A stretch of 10,283 bases of DNA from positions 1 to 10,283 of the forward strand of contig DAHWNL010000013.1 in the NCBI GenBank assembly GCA_027339965.1, read 5' to 3'. The position numbers and the translations under genes were made by a program. Position 1 is the first letter of the stretch. Each line of letters opens with the position of its first letter. Below the pieces are notes generated by a model. That model did no database searches, was not told the origin of the DNA, and worked only from the letters and a program-made list of their open reading frames with translations. Positions 1 through 7,103 of this stretch are shown piece after piece. Source of the stretch: Granulicella sp. (GTDB lineage: Bacteria > Acidobacteriota > Terriglobia > Terriglobales > Acidobacteriaceae).

Positions 1-4
1 TCTC

Positions 5-1360
5 CTAAGGAACAACCTTGATGGGCACCAGTTGAAAGCCGAGTTCTCGCGCTTGCGCGTGCAGTCTGGCCGATTTCTGGTGCCGCCGACGCTCCTCCTG
101 TTTTTGAAAGATGGTGGCATCGTACTGTTGATGGGTAGTAACCATGTGGTAGATGATCCGGGCGAGCTTGTGAGCGGTTGCGGTCATGGCCTTTGGAGTT
201 CCCATGCGGGCTTTCATACGGCGGAAATAGTCTCCGAGGAAACTGTCGCTGCGGTTCAACGCCTGTGTAGCCACACGCAGGGAAAGTGCGGCACGATTCT
301 TGGTGGGACGGGTTCTAGAGGATAGGACCTGGCCGCCGCTGATCCTTGGGTCTGGGCACAGCCGCAGCCAGGAGCAGAAGGCGGCGGCGGTCGGAAATCG
401 AGCCAGATCCGGACCGATCTCCGTGAGCAGCATTTGTGCGGTTAAGGCGTTGATGCCGGGAATCTCGGTCAGGTCCACTCCGAATGCCCGATAGAGGTCC
501 TCGCGCAATTGCGGTGGTTCATTCCTCCAGGGAACCTTGCGAGCACGGCGCTTGCTTCCCTGCGGAGGCTGTTCGCCTTCAGCAACTTTGGAGGGAAGCC
601 GTTGCATCATTTGCTTGACCTGTGCGTCAACTTCCTGGATCAACTCCTGGTAATACCGGTAAGCCTTAAGGGACTGGCGGAGTGTGAACAGGTGCTCCTC
701 GCGGTAGTCGCCGACCAGCGACTTCATGATGGTCTCCTCGCTGGCGCGAATCCGTGGGTGACGCAGTTGAGCCAGTTTATGCGGATCGCGCTCTCCAGCC
801 AGGATCGCGTCCATGATGGCCAGGCCGGTAATGCCATCGAGGTCGCTAATGACGTGATGAATCTGCAGGTTCATCTGGTCGAGCGCCTTCTGCATGTGCT
901 GCAGATGAAGGGTGGCCAACTGAATGAGGTTGTCGCGATGGCGCCACAGCGATCGGATCGCGCAGATTTCGTCGTCGGGGCGGAAGGATCCGCGCAACAG
1001 GCCCACGGAATGAAGGTGCTGAATCCACTGGCAGTCGGAAACATCGGATTTCCTGCCGGGCACGTTCTTGACGTGATGGGCGTTGACCAATCGCACGTCG
1101 ATCTTGCGCTTTTCCAGAATCTGAAACAGCGGTATCCAATAAACGCCTGTGGATTCCATGGCTACGGTGCGGATATGACATCCCTGGAGCCAATCCGCCA
1201 GCCTTTCCAAATCGACGGTGAATGTGGGGAAGCACCGAATGGGTTCCGGATCGCGGTCGGCAGGAACCGCAACGAAGATCTCCGTTGCTCCAACATCGAT
1301 TCCGGCGGCATTCGGCTCAATTACGGGCAGGCTGACAGCCTTGTTGTGCTGCTTGGGCAT
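5..1360 (-). CDS. IS110 family transposase (DEDD RuvC-like recombinase), ~451 aa
   Basis: N-terminal DEDD motifs GIDVG, AMESTGVYW and PGRKSDVSD. C-terminal Transposase_20-type region LTEIPGI...EIGPDLARFPTAAAFCSWLRLCP..RISGG (conserved SG serine) and ATAHKLARIIY. ATG at 1360 (MPKQHN) is preferred over the track start at 1420 because GGAG lies 5 nt upstream. The TAG stop at 5-7 coincides with the element end. Confidence 0.96.
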   Translation of the reverse strand: MPKQHNKAVSLPVIEPNAAGIDVGATEIFVAVPADRDPEPIRCFPTFTVDLERLADWLQGCHIRTVAMESTGVYWIPLFQILEKRKIDVRLVNAHHVKNVPGRKSDVSDCQWIQHLHSVGLLRGSFRPDDEICAIRSLWRHRDNLIQLATLHLQHMQKALDQMNLQIHHVISDLDGITGLAIMDAILAGERDPHKLAQLRHPRIRASEETIMKSLVGDYREEHLFTLRQSLKAYRYYQELIQEVDAQVKQMMQRLPSKVAEGEQPPQGSKRRARKVPWRNEPPQLREDLYRAFGVDLTEIPGINALTAQMLLTEIGPDLARFPTAAAFCSWLRLCPDPRISGGQVLSSRTRPTKNRAALSLRVATQALNRSDSFLGDYFRRMKARMGTPKAMTATAHKLARIIYHMVTTHQQYDATIFQKQEERRRHQKSARLHAQARELGFQLVPIKVVP

Positions 1361-1384
1361 GACCACTCCGTTTCTGCCCCGCCG

Positions 1385-1555
1385 CGCCGGCCTGGACCGT
1401 GCAAGAAGGTAGTCTCCCAAACGAGATCGTCAGCCCCAATGTCTGAGGCTGCGCGTCATCACTGTACTGAGCACGGGGTCCAGAACCACACTGCCGGACG
1501 AGCTTGGTAAGGCATCAGTGAGCCGTCGGTCTTAGCTGCCAACGCTCGGGACTCC
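1385..1555 (-). ncRNA. Putative IS110 bridge RNA (target-binding loop ~1485-1532, donor-binding loop ~1392-1483)
   Basis: Lies in the non-coding end upstream of an IS110 recombinase. On the minus strand it has two repeated modules UGAUG-hairpin-CUCGU-N5-AG. Closing stem 1392-1402/1471-1483. The apical stem 1431-1438/1444-1451 pairs fully (one G-U) only as a minus-strand RNA. The N5-AG segments match the element end and the flank. Exact transcript ends are unknown. Confidence 0.75.
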
Positions 1556-1558
1556 TCC

Positions 1559-1564
1559 AGCCTA
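1559..1564 (-). promoter_or_regulatory. Candidate -10 box (TAGGCT) for the bridge RNA/transposase transcript
   Basis: TAnnnT hexamer directly upstream of the structured region on the minus strand. No convincing -35 box in the linear element. Confidence 0.35.
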
Positions 1565-1624
1565 AAACAAAGCGCTCGACCTTTGTTCCTTACCTGACTG
1601 TCCAGACCTCGGTCTGGTCCCCCA

Positions 1625-1642
1625 CTGCCGGTGGATACTTAC
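1625..1642. mobile_element. Possible IS66-family terminal inverted repeat remnant (minus strand GTAAGTATCCACCGGCAG)
   Basis: IS66 termini begin with GTAA(G). This 18-bp segment lies exactly between the inferred IS110 boundary and the start of ISL3 homology and fits neither element. No IS66 ORF is present in the window. Confidence 0.45.
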
Positions 1643-1824
1643 TGATGAACTGGTTCCGGGCCAAAGGCGAGTTTTCGAGCGCCGCCGTCGAGGGTCTGAA
1701 CAACAAATGCCGAGTGGTTACCAGACGATCCTACGGTTTTCGAGCATACAAAGACATCGAACTCGCTATGTATCACACTCTTGGACGGCTGCCCGAACCG
1801 GAGTCTACCCACAGATTCTGCTGA
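1642..1824 (+). pseudogene. 3' fragment (60 codons) of an ISL3 family transposase, truncated by insertion
   Basis: Manual translation gives LMNWFRAKGEFSSAAVEGLNNKCRVVTRRSYGFRAYKDIELAMYHTLGRLPEPESTHRFC* (TGA 1822-1824). It contains the ISL3 signature S/N-x-x-x-EG-x-NNK-x5-R-x-x-YGFR. Not in the supplied ORF track. Confidence 0.9.
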
Positions 1825-1830
1825 GGAGGC
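1807..1830 (+). repeat. Right terminal inverted repeat of the ISL3 element (ACCCACAGATTCTGCTGAGGAGGC)
   Basis: Overlaps the transposase stop and ends 6 nt later, followed by AT-rich ATTATTCG (1831-1838), consistent with the 8-bp AT-rich targets of ISL3. The partner IR is outside the window. Confidence 0.6.
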
Positions 1831-2306
1831 ATTATTCGGTGAAAAATTACCGGTGGCGGGGAGAGGAGCCGGCTGCTACGTGAGGCAAAGGACAGGGTTG
1901 TTGCGCACTGAATGCTGGGTTCCGGAAAGCCGATTGAGCTTTGAGCCAGCCTTCGGCGAAGTTGGTGCGGGAAAGATGGAGAGCGACAGCCTCTCGCCCT
2001 GCAACCAGGACCCGTTTGTGAGGTCCCAGTCTGGGAAGAGCGAGTTCGCGCCGAGAGTCGTATGATTTCCGCATTGGATCTGTTGGCTACCGCTGCAAGC
2101 GCAAAGCCAAGAGGTCGATTGCAAGCGCGCCGAAGCAGCCGGCGAGGCGCGGCGGAGGATGGAGCAACAGCCAGGGCGCGCAGTGGTCTGGGCTGTTTGG
2201 TTAAGGACGGAGCTTTGATTTTCAACAAGCTCCCACAGCCAACACGACGGAGTTCCCCAACAGGATTGCTCAAGCAGAGTTTTCCGGAGAGGATTGCAGG
2301 TTTCAA

Positions 2307-5153
2307 ATGATGAATCGTACGGATCGATCTCAACTTCGACTGGCAGTGACACTGTTTGTTGTTTTGGTGCTGGGGGCTGTTTCCGGCAGTCTTGTCCGTG
2401 CGGAGACTGCGCAGCCATTGCAGGGATCTGCCTCGAAGGCGCCAGGCCTGTACAATCCTGTTGCTGCTCCAAGCGCCATTGTAACCTTGGGACGAGCGCG
2501 ATTCACGGTTCTAACCTCACGGCTAATTCGCATGGAATGGGCGTCGAACGGGCTCTTTGAAGATCATGCTTCCCTGGTATTTTTAAATCGCAGGTTGTCG
2601 GTTCCCAAGTTCCGTTCCCGTATCCAACGATTAGACGGCGGTCGAGTTCTTTCCATCGACACAGAGTATCTGCACCTTGTCTATCGCGTTGTTGCCACCA
2701 GCGACGGGAAGTTCACTCCAGATGACTTGCAGCTTCAATTCACGCTGAACGGCAAACCGGTTGAATGGCGCCCGGGGATGAAAGATCCGGAAAATCTGCT
2801 GGGAACAACCCGCACTTTGGATGGCGCCAATGCCGGCGATACAAGCGAACCGATCGGGCAGGGTCTGGTCTCCCGATCCGGCTGGGTGCTTGTGGACGAC
2901 TCCAAGACACCTCTTTTTGATTCTTCAGATTTCCGCTTCTCGGCCGGTGAACAGAGCCCATGGCCCTGGGTGACGGAACGGCCGGCAGGAGACCGACAGG
3001 ACTGGTACTTCTTCGGCTATGGGCACGACTACAAGGCGGCTCTGGGCGCGTACATCCAAGTGGCGGGCCGCATTCCCCTGCCCCCCTACTTCGCCTTTGG
3101 CGCCTGGTGGTCGCGTTACTGGGCGTACAGCGATCAGGAGCTGCAGCGACTGATCCATGATTTCCGTGAGAGCAGTGTGCCGCTCGATGTTCTGGTTGTC
3201 GATATGGATTGGCATCTGACGGCGCCACAACTCAAGGGCCAGGTCGACCAATCCGGGCAGCAACTGGGATGGACTGGATTCAGTTGGAACAAACTCTTGT
3301 TTCCGGATCCCGCCGGATTCCTTCAGTGGGTGCACTCGCAAGGGATGAAGGTCGCGTTGAACCTGCACCCCGCAGGAGGCATTGAGCCATGGGAGACAAG
3401 GTATCCGGAGATGGCCAAGTCTATGGGCGTCGATCCGGAGTCGAAAAGATACATACCATTTGAGATCACGGACAAGAGATTCGCCACCAACTACATGAAG
3501 GTCATGCATCATCCGCTGGAGAAGGAAGGCGTTAACTTCTGGTGGCTCGATTGGCAGCAGGGGGCCCGGACGGCGCTACCGAACCTGAATCCAACCTGGT
3601 GGCTGAACTATGTATATTTCACGGACCAGGCGCGGGAGGGCAAGCGGCCGATCCTCTTCGGTCGGTGGGGAGGTTTGGGGAATCATCGTTATCAGGTAGG
3701 ATTCTCCGGCGATGTGATCTCCACCTGGGACTCGTTGGCCTTTCAACCGTGGTTCACTGCAACTGCCGCCAATGTCGGATACGGTTATTGGAGCCACGAT
3801 ATCGGGGGGCACCTTCCGGGCGTCGATTCACCGGAACTTTTCACGCGATGGGTGCAGTTTGGAGCCTTCAGTCCAATTCTGCGCACGCATGTATCGCTGG
3901 ATCCGGAAGCGGAGCGGCGCATATGGGCCTATCCTGAACCGTATTCGGATATCATGCGCAAGGCATATCAGCTTCGCTACGCGCTGATTCCTTACATTTA
4001 CACCGAGGCAAGACGGACCTACGACACCGGGGTCGCATTTCTCCATCCCTTGTACTACGACTGGCCGAACGCTGCCGCCGCCTATGACAATCGAGGGGAG
4101 TACATGTTCGGCAGCCAGATGCTGATCGCGCCAGTGACTGCGCCTGCCGATCCAGTGACACACCTGGCGACAAAGTCGATCTGGCTTCCAAAGGGCTCGT
4201 GGATTGAGTGGCAGACAGGAAAGCATTTCACAGGTCCAGTTCAGATAAGCCGTAGCTTCAGCATTGGCCAGACGCCGGTGTATGTTCATCCGGGAGCGAT
4301 CATCCCTATGGCTCCCCCGATGGCCTACACCGGGCAAAAGCCGGTGGATCCGCTGATTCTGACCATTTTCCCCTTGGACGCGGGGATGAAGTCGAGCTAT
4401 ACGCTCTACCAGGATGCGCGCGATACGAACGCCTATCAGGATGGACAGGCAGCATGGACGACGATTCATGCGCAGCAGCAGATTGATGTGCTGACCCTGC
4501 GCATCGATCCTGTTCGTGGGAGTTACCCCGGGATGCAACGCACGCGAAGCTATGAGATACGTCTGCCGGACGACTGGCCGCCTTCGTCAGTAACTTTGAA
4601 CGGGAAAGCACTTGCATACCGGGCCGGAGAACAAGGCGCTGGTTGGAACTACAAGGGAGATACACTCACGACGACGATCCGGACGCCAGAGGTTCGAGTG
4701 GATCAACCGGCGGTCTTCCGCATTGCCCTGCCTGACGGTTCAAACGCGCGGCTGCCGGAGCTGGATGGCTTTCCTGGAGCGCTGGAGCGATTGCACGAAG
4801 CTTCCGTGGTGATCGACTCAACCCATCCGCTGGCATGGAGGCCGGACCCCTTGGTGGATGCCATGCAGACCGGAGATCGGATCACCTACCATCCCAATGA
4901 GGCCCAACAGCAGTTGGGTGCGTTTCAGAACGAATTGCAAGCTGCGCAGGAGGCCGTGCTGGCTTTGAAAGATGAAGGCGTGAAGGCGCAGCAACACATG
5001 CAGCAAGGAAAGATCAGGTACTATCCGCAGCCGTTTGTCGCCGCTCATGAAAAGAACCTAGAAACCAGACAGGTAGACGATTACGGAGACAACTTCAGAC
5101 GTGTGCTGGCTCTTATGCAAGATGCGCGCGACGACGCTTCAGAGACGAAGTGA
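2307..5153 (+). CDS. Secreted glycoside hydrolase family 31 (GH31_u1-like alpha-glucosidase) with C-terminal beta-sandwich (DUF5110-like) and helical tail, 948 aa
   Basis: GH31 motifs G-x-WWSRYW, PLDVLVVDMDWH, nucleophile FWWLDWQQG, acid/base GFSGD, WSHDIGGH, RWVQFGAFSPILRTH and YMFGSQMLIAPV. Sec-type signal peptide (hydrophobic core, VRA|ET). GGAGAGG at 2286-2292. The start could be 2310. Confidence 0.95.
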   Translation: MMNRTDRSQLRLAVTLFVVLVLGAVSGSLVRAETAQPLQGSASKAPGLYNPVAAPSAIVTLGRARFTVLTSRLIRMEWASNGLFEDHASLVFLNRRLSVPKFRSRIQRLDGGRVLSIDTEYLHLVYRVVATSDGKFTPDDLQLQFTLNGKPVEWRPGMKDPENLLGTTRTLDGANAGDTSEPIGQGLVSRSGWVLVDDSKTPLFDSSDFRFSAGEQSPWPWVTERPAGDRQDWYFFGYGHDYKAALGAYIQVAGRIPLPPYFAFGAWWSRYWAYSDQELQRLIHDFRESSVPLDVLVVDMDWHLTAPQLKGQVDQSGQQLGWTGFSWNKLLFPDPAGFLQWVHSQGMKVALNLHPAGGIEPWETRYPEMAKSMGVDPESKRYIPFEITDKRFATNYMKVMHHPLEKEGVNFWWLDWQQGARTALPNLNPTWWLNYVYFTDQAREGKRPILFGRWGGLGNHRYQVGFSGDVISTWDSLAFQPWFTATAANVGYGYWSHDIGGHLPGVDSPELFTRWVQFGAFSPILRTHVSLDPEAERRIWAYPEPYSDIMRKAYQLRYALIPYIYTEARRTYDTGVAFLHPLYYDWPNAAAAYDNRGEYMFGSQMLIAPVTAPADPVTHLATKSIWLPKGSWIEWQTGKHFTGPVQISRSFSIGQTPVYVHPGAIIPMAPPMAYTGQKPVDPLILTIFPLDAGMKSSYTLYQDARDTNAYQDGQAAWTTIHAQQQIDVLTLRIDPVRGSYPGMQRTRSYEIRLPDDWPPSSVTLNGKALAYRAGEQGAGWNYKGDTLTTTIRTPEVRVDQPAVFRIALPDGSNARLPELDGFPGALERLHEASVVIDSTHPLAWRPDPLVDAMQTGDRITYHPNEAQQQLGAFQNELQAAQEAVLALKDEGVKAQQHMQQGKIRYYPQPFVAAHEKNLETRQVDDYGDNFRRVLALMQDARDDASETK

Positions 5154-5235
5154 TCCCGAAATCAATCCGGGACAGCGGCGTGTGTTCCAGGTGAGAAAGA
5201 TGCGCAAGTGAGTATAAGACGGCTTTTGGGAAGGC

Positions 5236-5261
5236 AGCTTCCACCATGCTGGGTGGAAGTT
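5236..5261 (+). terminator. Stem-loop downstream of the first GH31 gene (possible weak terminator)
   Basis: CTTCCACC (5238-5245) / GGTGGAAG (5252-5259) with a 6-nt loop, extendable by G-U and A-U pairs. No proper U-tract. Confidence 0.3.
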
Positions 5262-5707
5262 GACGAGTGTTTTCTGTGGCAGGAATCCTTCCGGAAGTTT
5301 TGGACAGAGGATGACGTTGGCGGCGAGGTCAGAGTAATGGTCTGCCTCCGTCGTGGACTGCGGAAGTCCCAGGGCAGTCGATGCGGCATTGGCGTCGACT
5401 CAGCACATGCGTGCATTTCATGGCATGCGCATTCTTTCCGGAGAGGCGTCTTCATTCACCGGATGAATGACCCGCGACCTGAATGCTTCGCGGTTCATGA
5501 TTGCTTGTCACGGAGCCCGCGAAGCTGCAATTTCACCGCGAATGAATGCAGCGCGCGCCGGACAGCCGATTGGAGATCTTCTTCAAGAGGACGGGATGGG
5601 AGTGGGAGCGTCAAGCGGCGTTCGCATGGAGGCATGCTGCCAGGGAATGAAGATATTCTGAATAGACAGGCTGATCCATTCAACGTTTTCGAGAGGCTGA
5701 TAGACCG

Positions 5708-6799
5708 ATGTTCGAGACAATTCCAGATTCCATGCAGGCTGCGGTGTACCGAGCAGTGAATGTTGTCCAAACGGAGACCATCCCGGTTCCGCAGATTGGC
5801 CCGGGTGAGGTGCTGATGCGCGTGGATACGTGCGGGATCTGCGGCACGGATCTGAAGAAAATTCACACCGGGTCACACTCGGCGCCACGGGTCTTCGGCC
5901 ACGAGATGGCGGGGACGATCGCCGCGGTGGGCAGGGGAGTGCGAGGATTCGGGGTGGGGGATCGGGTGATGGCCTTTCACCACATTCCTTGCGGAGTTTG
6001 CTTCTACTGCCGAAAGAAGACCTTTGCACAGTGCGAGCGATATAAGAAAGTGGGTACCACGGCCGGGTTGGGAGAGGCTGCGGGCGGCGGCTTTGCGGAG
6101 TATATCCGGGTGATGGAATGGATTGTGGGCGACGGAGCCCGGCCAGCCGGTCTGGTCCGCATACCCGACGATATTCCGTTTGAGCAGGCAGCGTTTCTTG
6201 AGCCGGTGAATACGTGCTTCAAGGCGATCCGTCTGCTGGATCTGGAGCCGGACGATACGGTGCTGGTGATGGGACAGGGAAGCATCGGCATTCTGCTCGC
6301 GGCATTGGCGCGGCAGACGGGGGCGACGGTCTTGACCTCAGACATGTATGCCGAGAGGCATGCCATTGCAGCGCACTATGGGTTGGATCACCCTCTGGAT
6401 GCGCGCGGTGATGTGGTGGGAGCCTGCAAAGCGGCCACCGCAGGGCGCGGAGCGGATGTGGCGCTGTTGGCGGTCGGCTCTGATGCTCTGATTGCGACGG
6501 CGATGCAGGCTATTCGACCGGGTGGCAGGGTGATGCTGTTTGCCAGCACGCAGCATGGAGAGGCAAAGTTCGATCCTGCAGCGGTATGCATGGAGGAGAA
6601 GACCCTGATGGGTTCCTACTCGGCGTCAGTGGCGATTCAGCAGGAAGGAATCGACCTGGTCTTCGAAGGGTATCGATCCGGCAAGCTGGATCTTACCCGG
6701 CTTATCTCGCACCGATTCTCGCTGCAAGAGGCCTCTGCGGCGATTCATCTGGCTTCGCATCCCAGAGCGGATTCGATGAAGATCGTGCTCAAGCCTTGA
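5708..6799 (+). CDS. Zinc-dependent medium-chain alcohol/polyol dehydrogenase (L-iditol 2-dehydrogenase-like MDR), 363 aa
   Basis: Catalytic Zn motifs CGICGTD and GHE; structural Zn CGVCFYCRKKTFAQC (C-x2-C-x2-C-x7-C); EP motif; Rossmann GQGSIG followed by an acidic residue (LTSD), suggesting NAD(H). GAGAGG at 5691-5696. Alternative start at 5732. Confidence 0.95.
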   Translation: MFETIPDSMQAAVYRAVNVVQTETIPVPQIGPGEVLMRVDTCGICGTDLKKIHTGSHSAPRVFGHEMAGTIAAVGRGVRGFGVGDRVMAFHHIPCGVCFYCRKKTFAQCERYKKVGTTAGLGEAAGGGFAEYIRVMEWIVGDGARPAGLVRIPDDIPFEQAAFLEPVNTCFKAIRLLDLEPDDTVLVMGQGSIGILLAALARQTGATVLTSDMYAERHAIAAHYGLDHPLDARGDVVGACKAATAGRGADVALLAVGSDALIATAMQAIRPGGRVMLFASTQHGEAKFDPAAVCMEEKTLMGSYSASVAIQQEGIDLVFEGYRSGKLDLTRLISHRFSLQEASAAIHLASHPRADSMKIVLKP

Positions 6800-7103
6800 G
6801 TCGGAATAAATCAAGTGAGTCGCCGCGGAGCGAGGCCGGACCAGAGCGGGTGCTTCCGCGAAGTGCGGGCCAGGCACTCCGAGAAGCCGCAAAGCGGAAA
6901 CCGCTGTTGTGCTCGGACGGGTCGTCCATGAACCTTATCGCTCGTCCTCGCTTGGAGGAGACGGGTGATTCCGATGGACGCAAATTGGGAATAGCATTTT
7001 TAGTGTTGATGGGTAGACCGGAGAGGGCTTACAGTCGCGTTTTCATTGGAGAAAACGCCCATGGAGGTCGAGGCGTCGCGTGAAACCTGCACTGAAAACT
7101 GCT

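Larger units (their letters stand above)
6..1592. repeat. 10-bp sub-terminal inverted repeat pair of the IS110 element: TAAGGAACAA (6-15) / TTGTTCCTTA (1583-1592)
   Basis: Exact reverse complements read directly from the sequence. Confidence 0.7.
2..1626 (-). mobile_element. IS110 family insertion sequence (IS110 subgroup, long non-coding end upstream of the transposase)
   Basis: Transposase plus a structured 5' non-coding region, bounded by CT dinucleotides on the + strand at 2-3 and 1625-1626. There is a 10-bp sub-terminal inverted repeat at 6-15 / 1583-1592. Boundaries are inferred from internal guide matches; alternative left boundaries are CT 1575-1576 and CT 1642-1643. Confidence 0.8.

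Noticed and set aside
1361..1420. 20-codon N-terminal extension of the transposase (track start 1420)
   Set aside because: The TTG start lies inside the putative donor guide. ATG 1360 has an RBS and gives a normal distance to the first DEDD aspartate.
509..1510. 333-aa + strand ORF antisense to the IS110 transposase
   Set aside because: Shadow ORF of a GC-rich gene. No motifs, and it runs through the bridge-RNA region.
1575..1576. Alternative IS110 boundary at CT 1575-1576, which would create a TTGTTC-18 bp-TAGGCT junction promoter on circularisation
   Set aside because: Attractive, but it would exclude the 10-bp IR partner, and the flank (CTCGACC) does not match the target guide. Needs circle-junction sequencing.
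1642..1643. Alternative IS110 boundary at CT 1642-1643 (direct insertion into ISL3; joining 1-6 to 1644 gives in-frame CTC CTG ATG AAC)
   Set aside because: Disfavoured, not excluded. The target-loop guide matches CTGCCGG at 1625-1631 exactly and does not match CTGATGA, and CTCCTAA (2-8) is matched by the donor guide, so it belongs to the element.
1773..2472. Overlapping ORFs of 75-198 aa between the ISL3 end and the GH31 gene
   Set aside because: No recognisable motifs, Arg/Ser/Cys-rich composition, and overlap with the ISL3 end or the GH31 start.
5208..5759. 183-aa + strand ORF in the intergenic region
   Set aside because: Atypical composition, no clear RBS, and it overlaps the dehydrogenase start. 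At most a decayed relic.
6800..7103. Intrinsic terminator between the convergent genes
   Set aside because: Only short stems (e.g. AGCGG-AAA-CCGCT at 6893-6905) without U-tracts on either strand.
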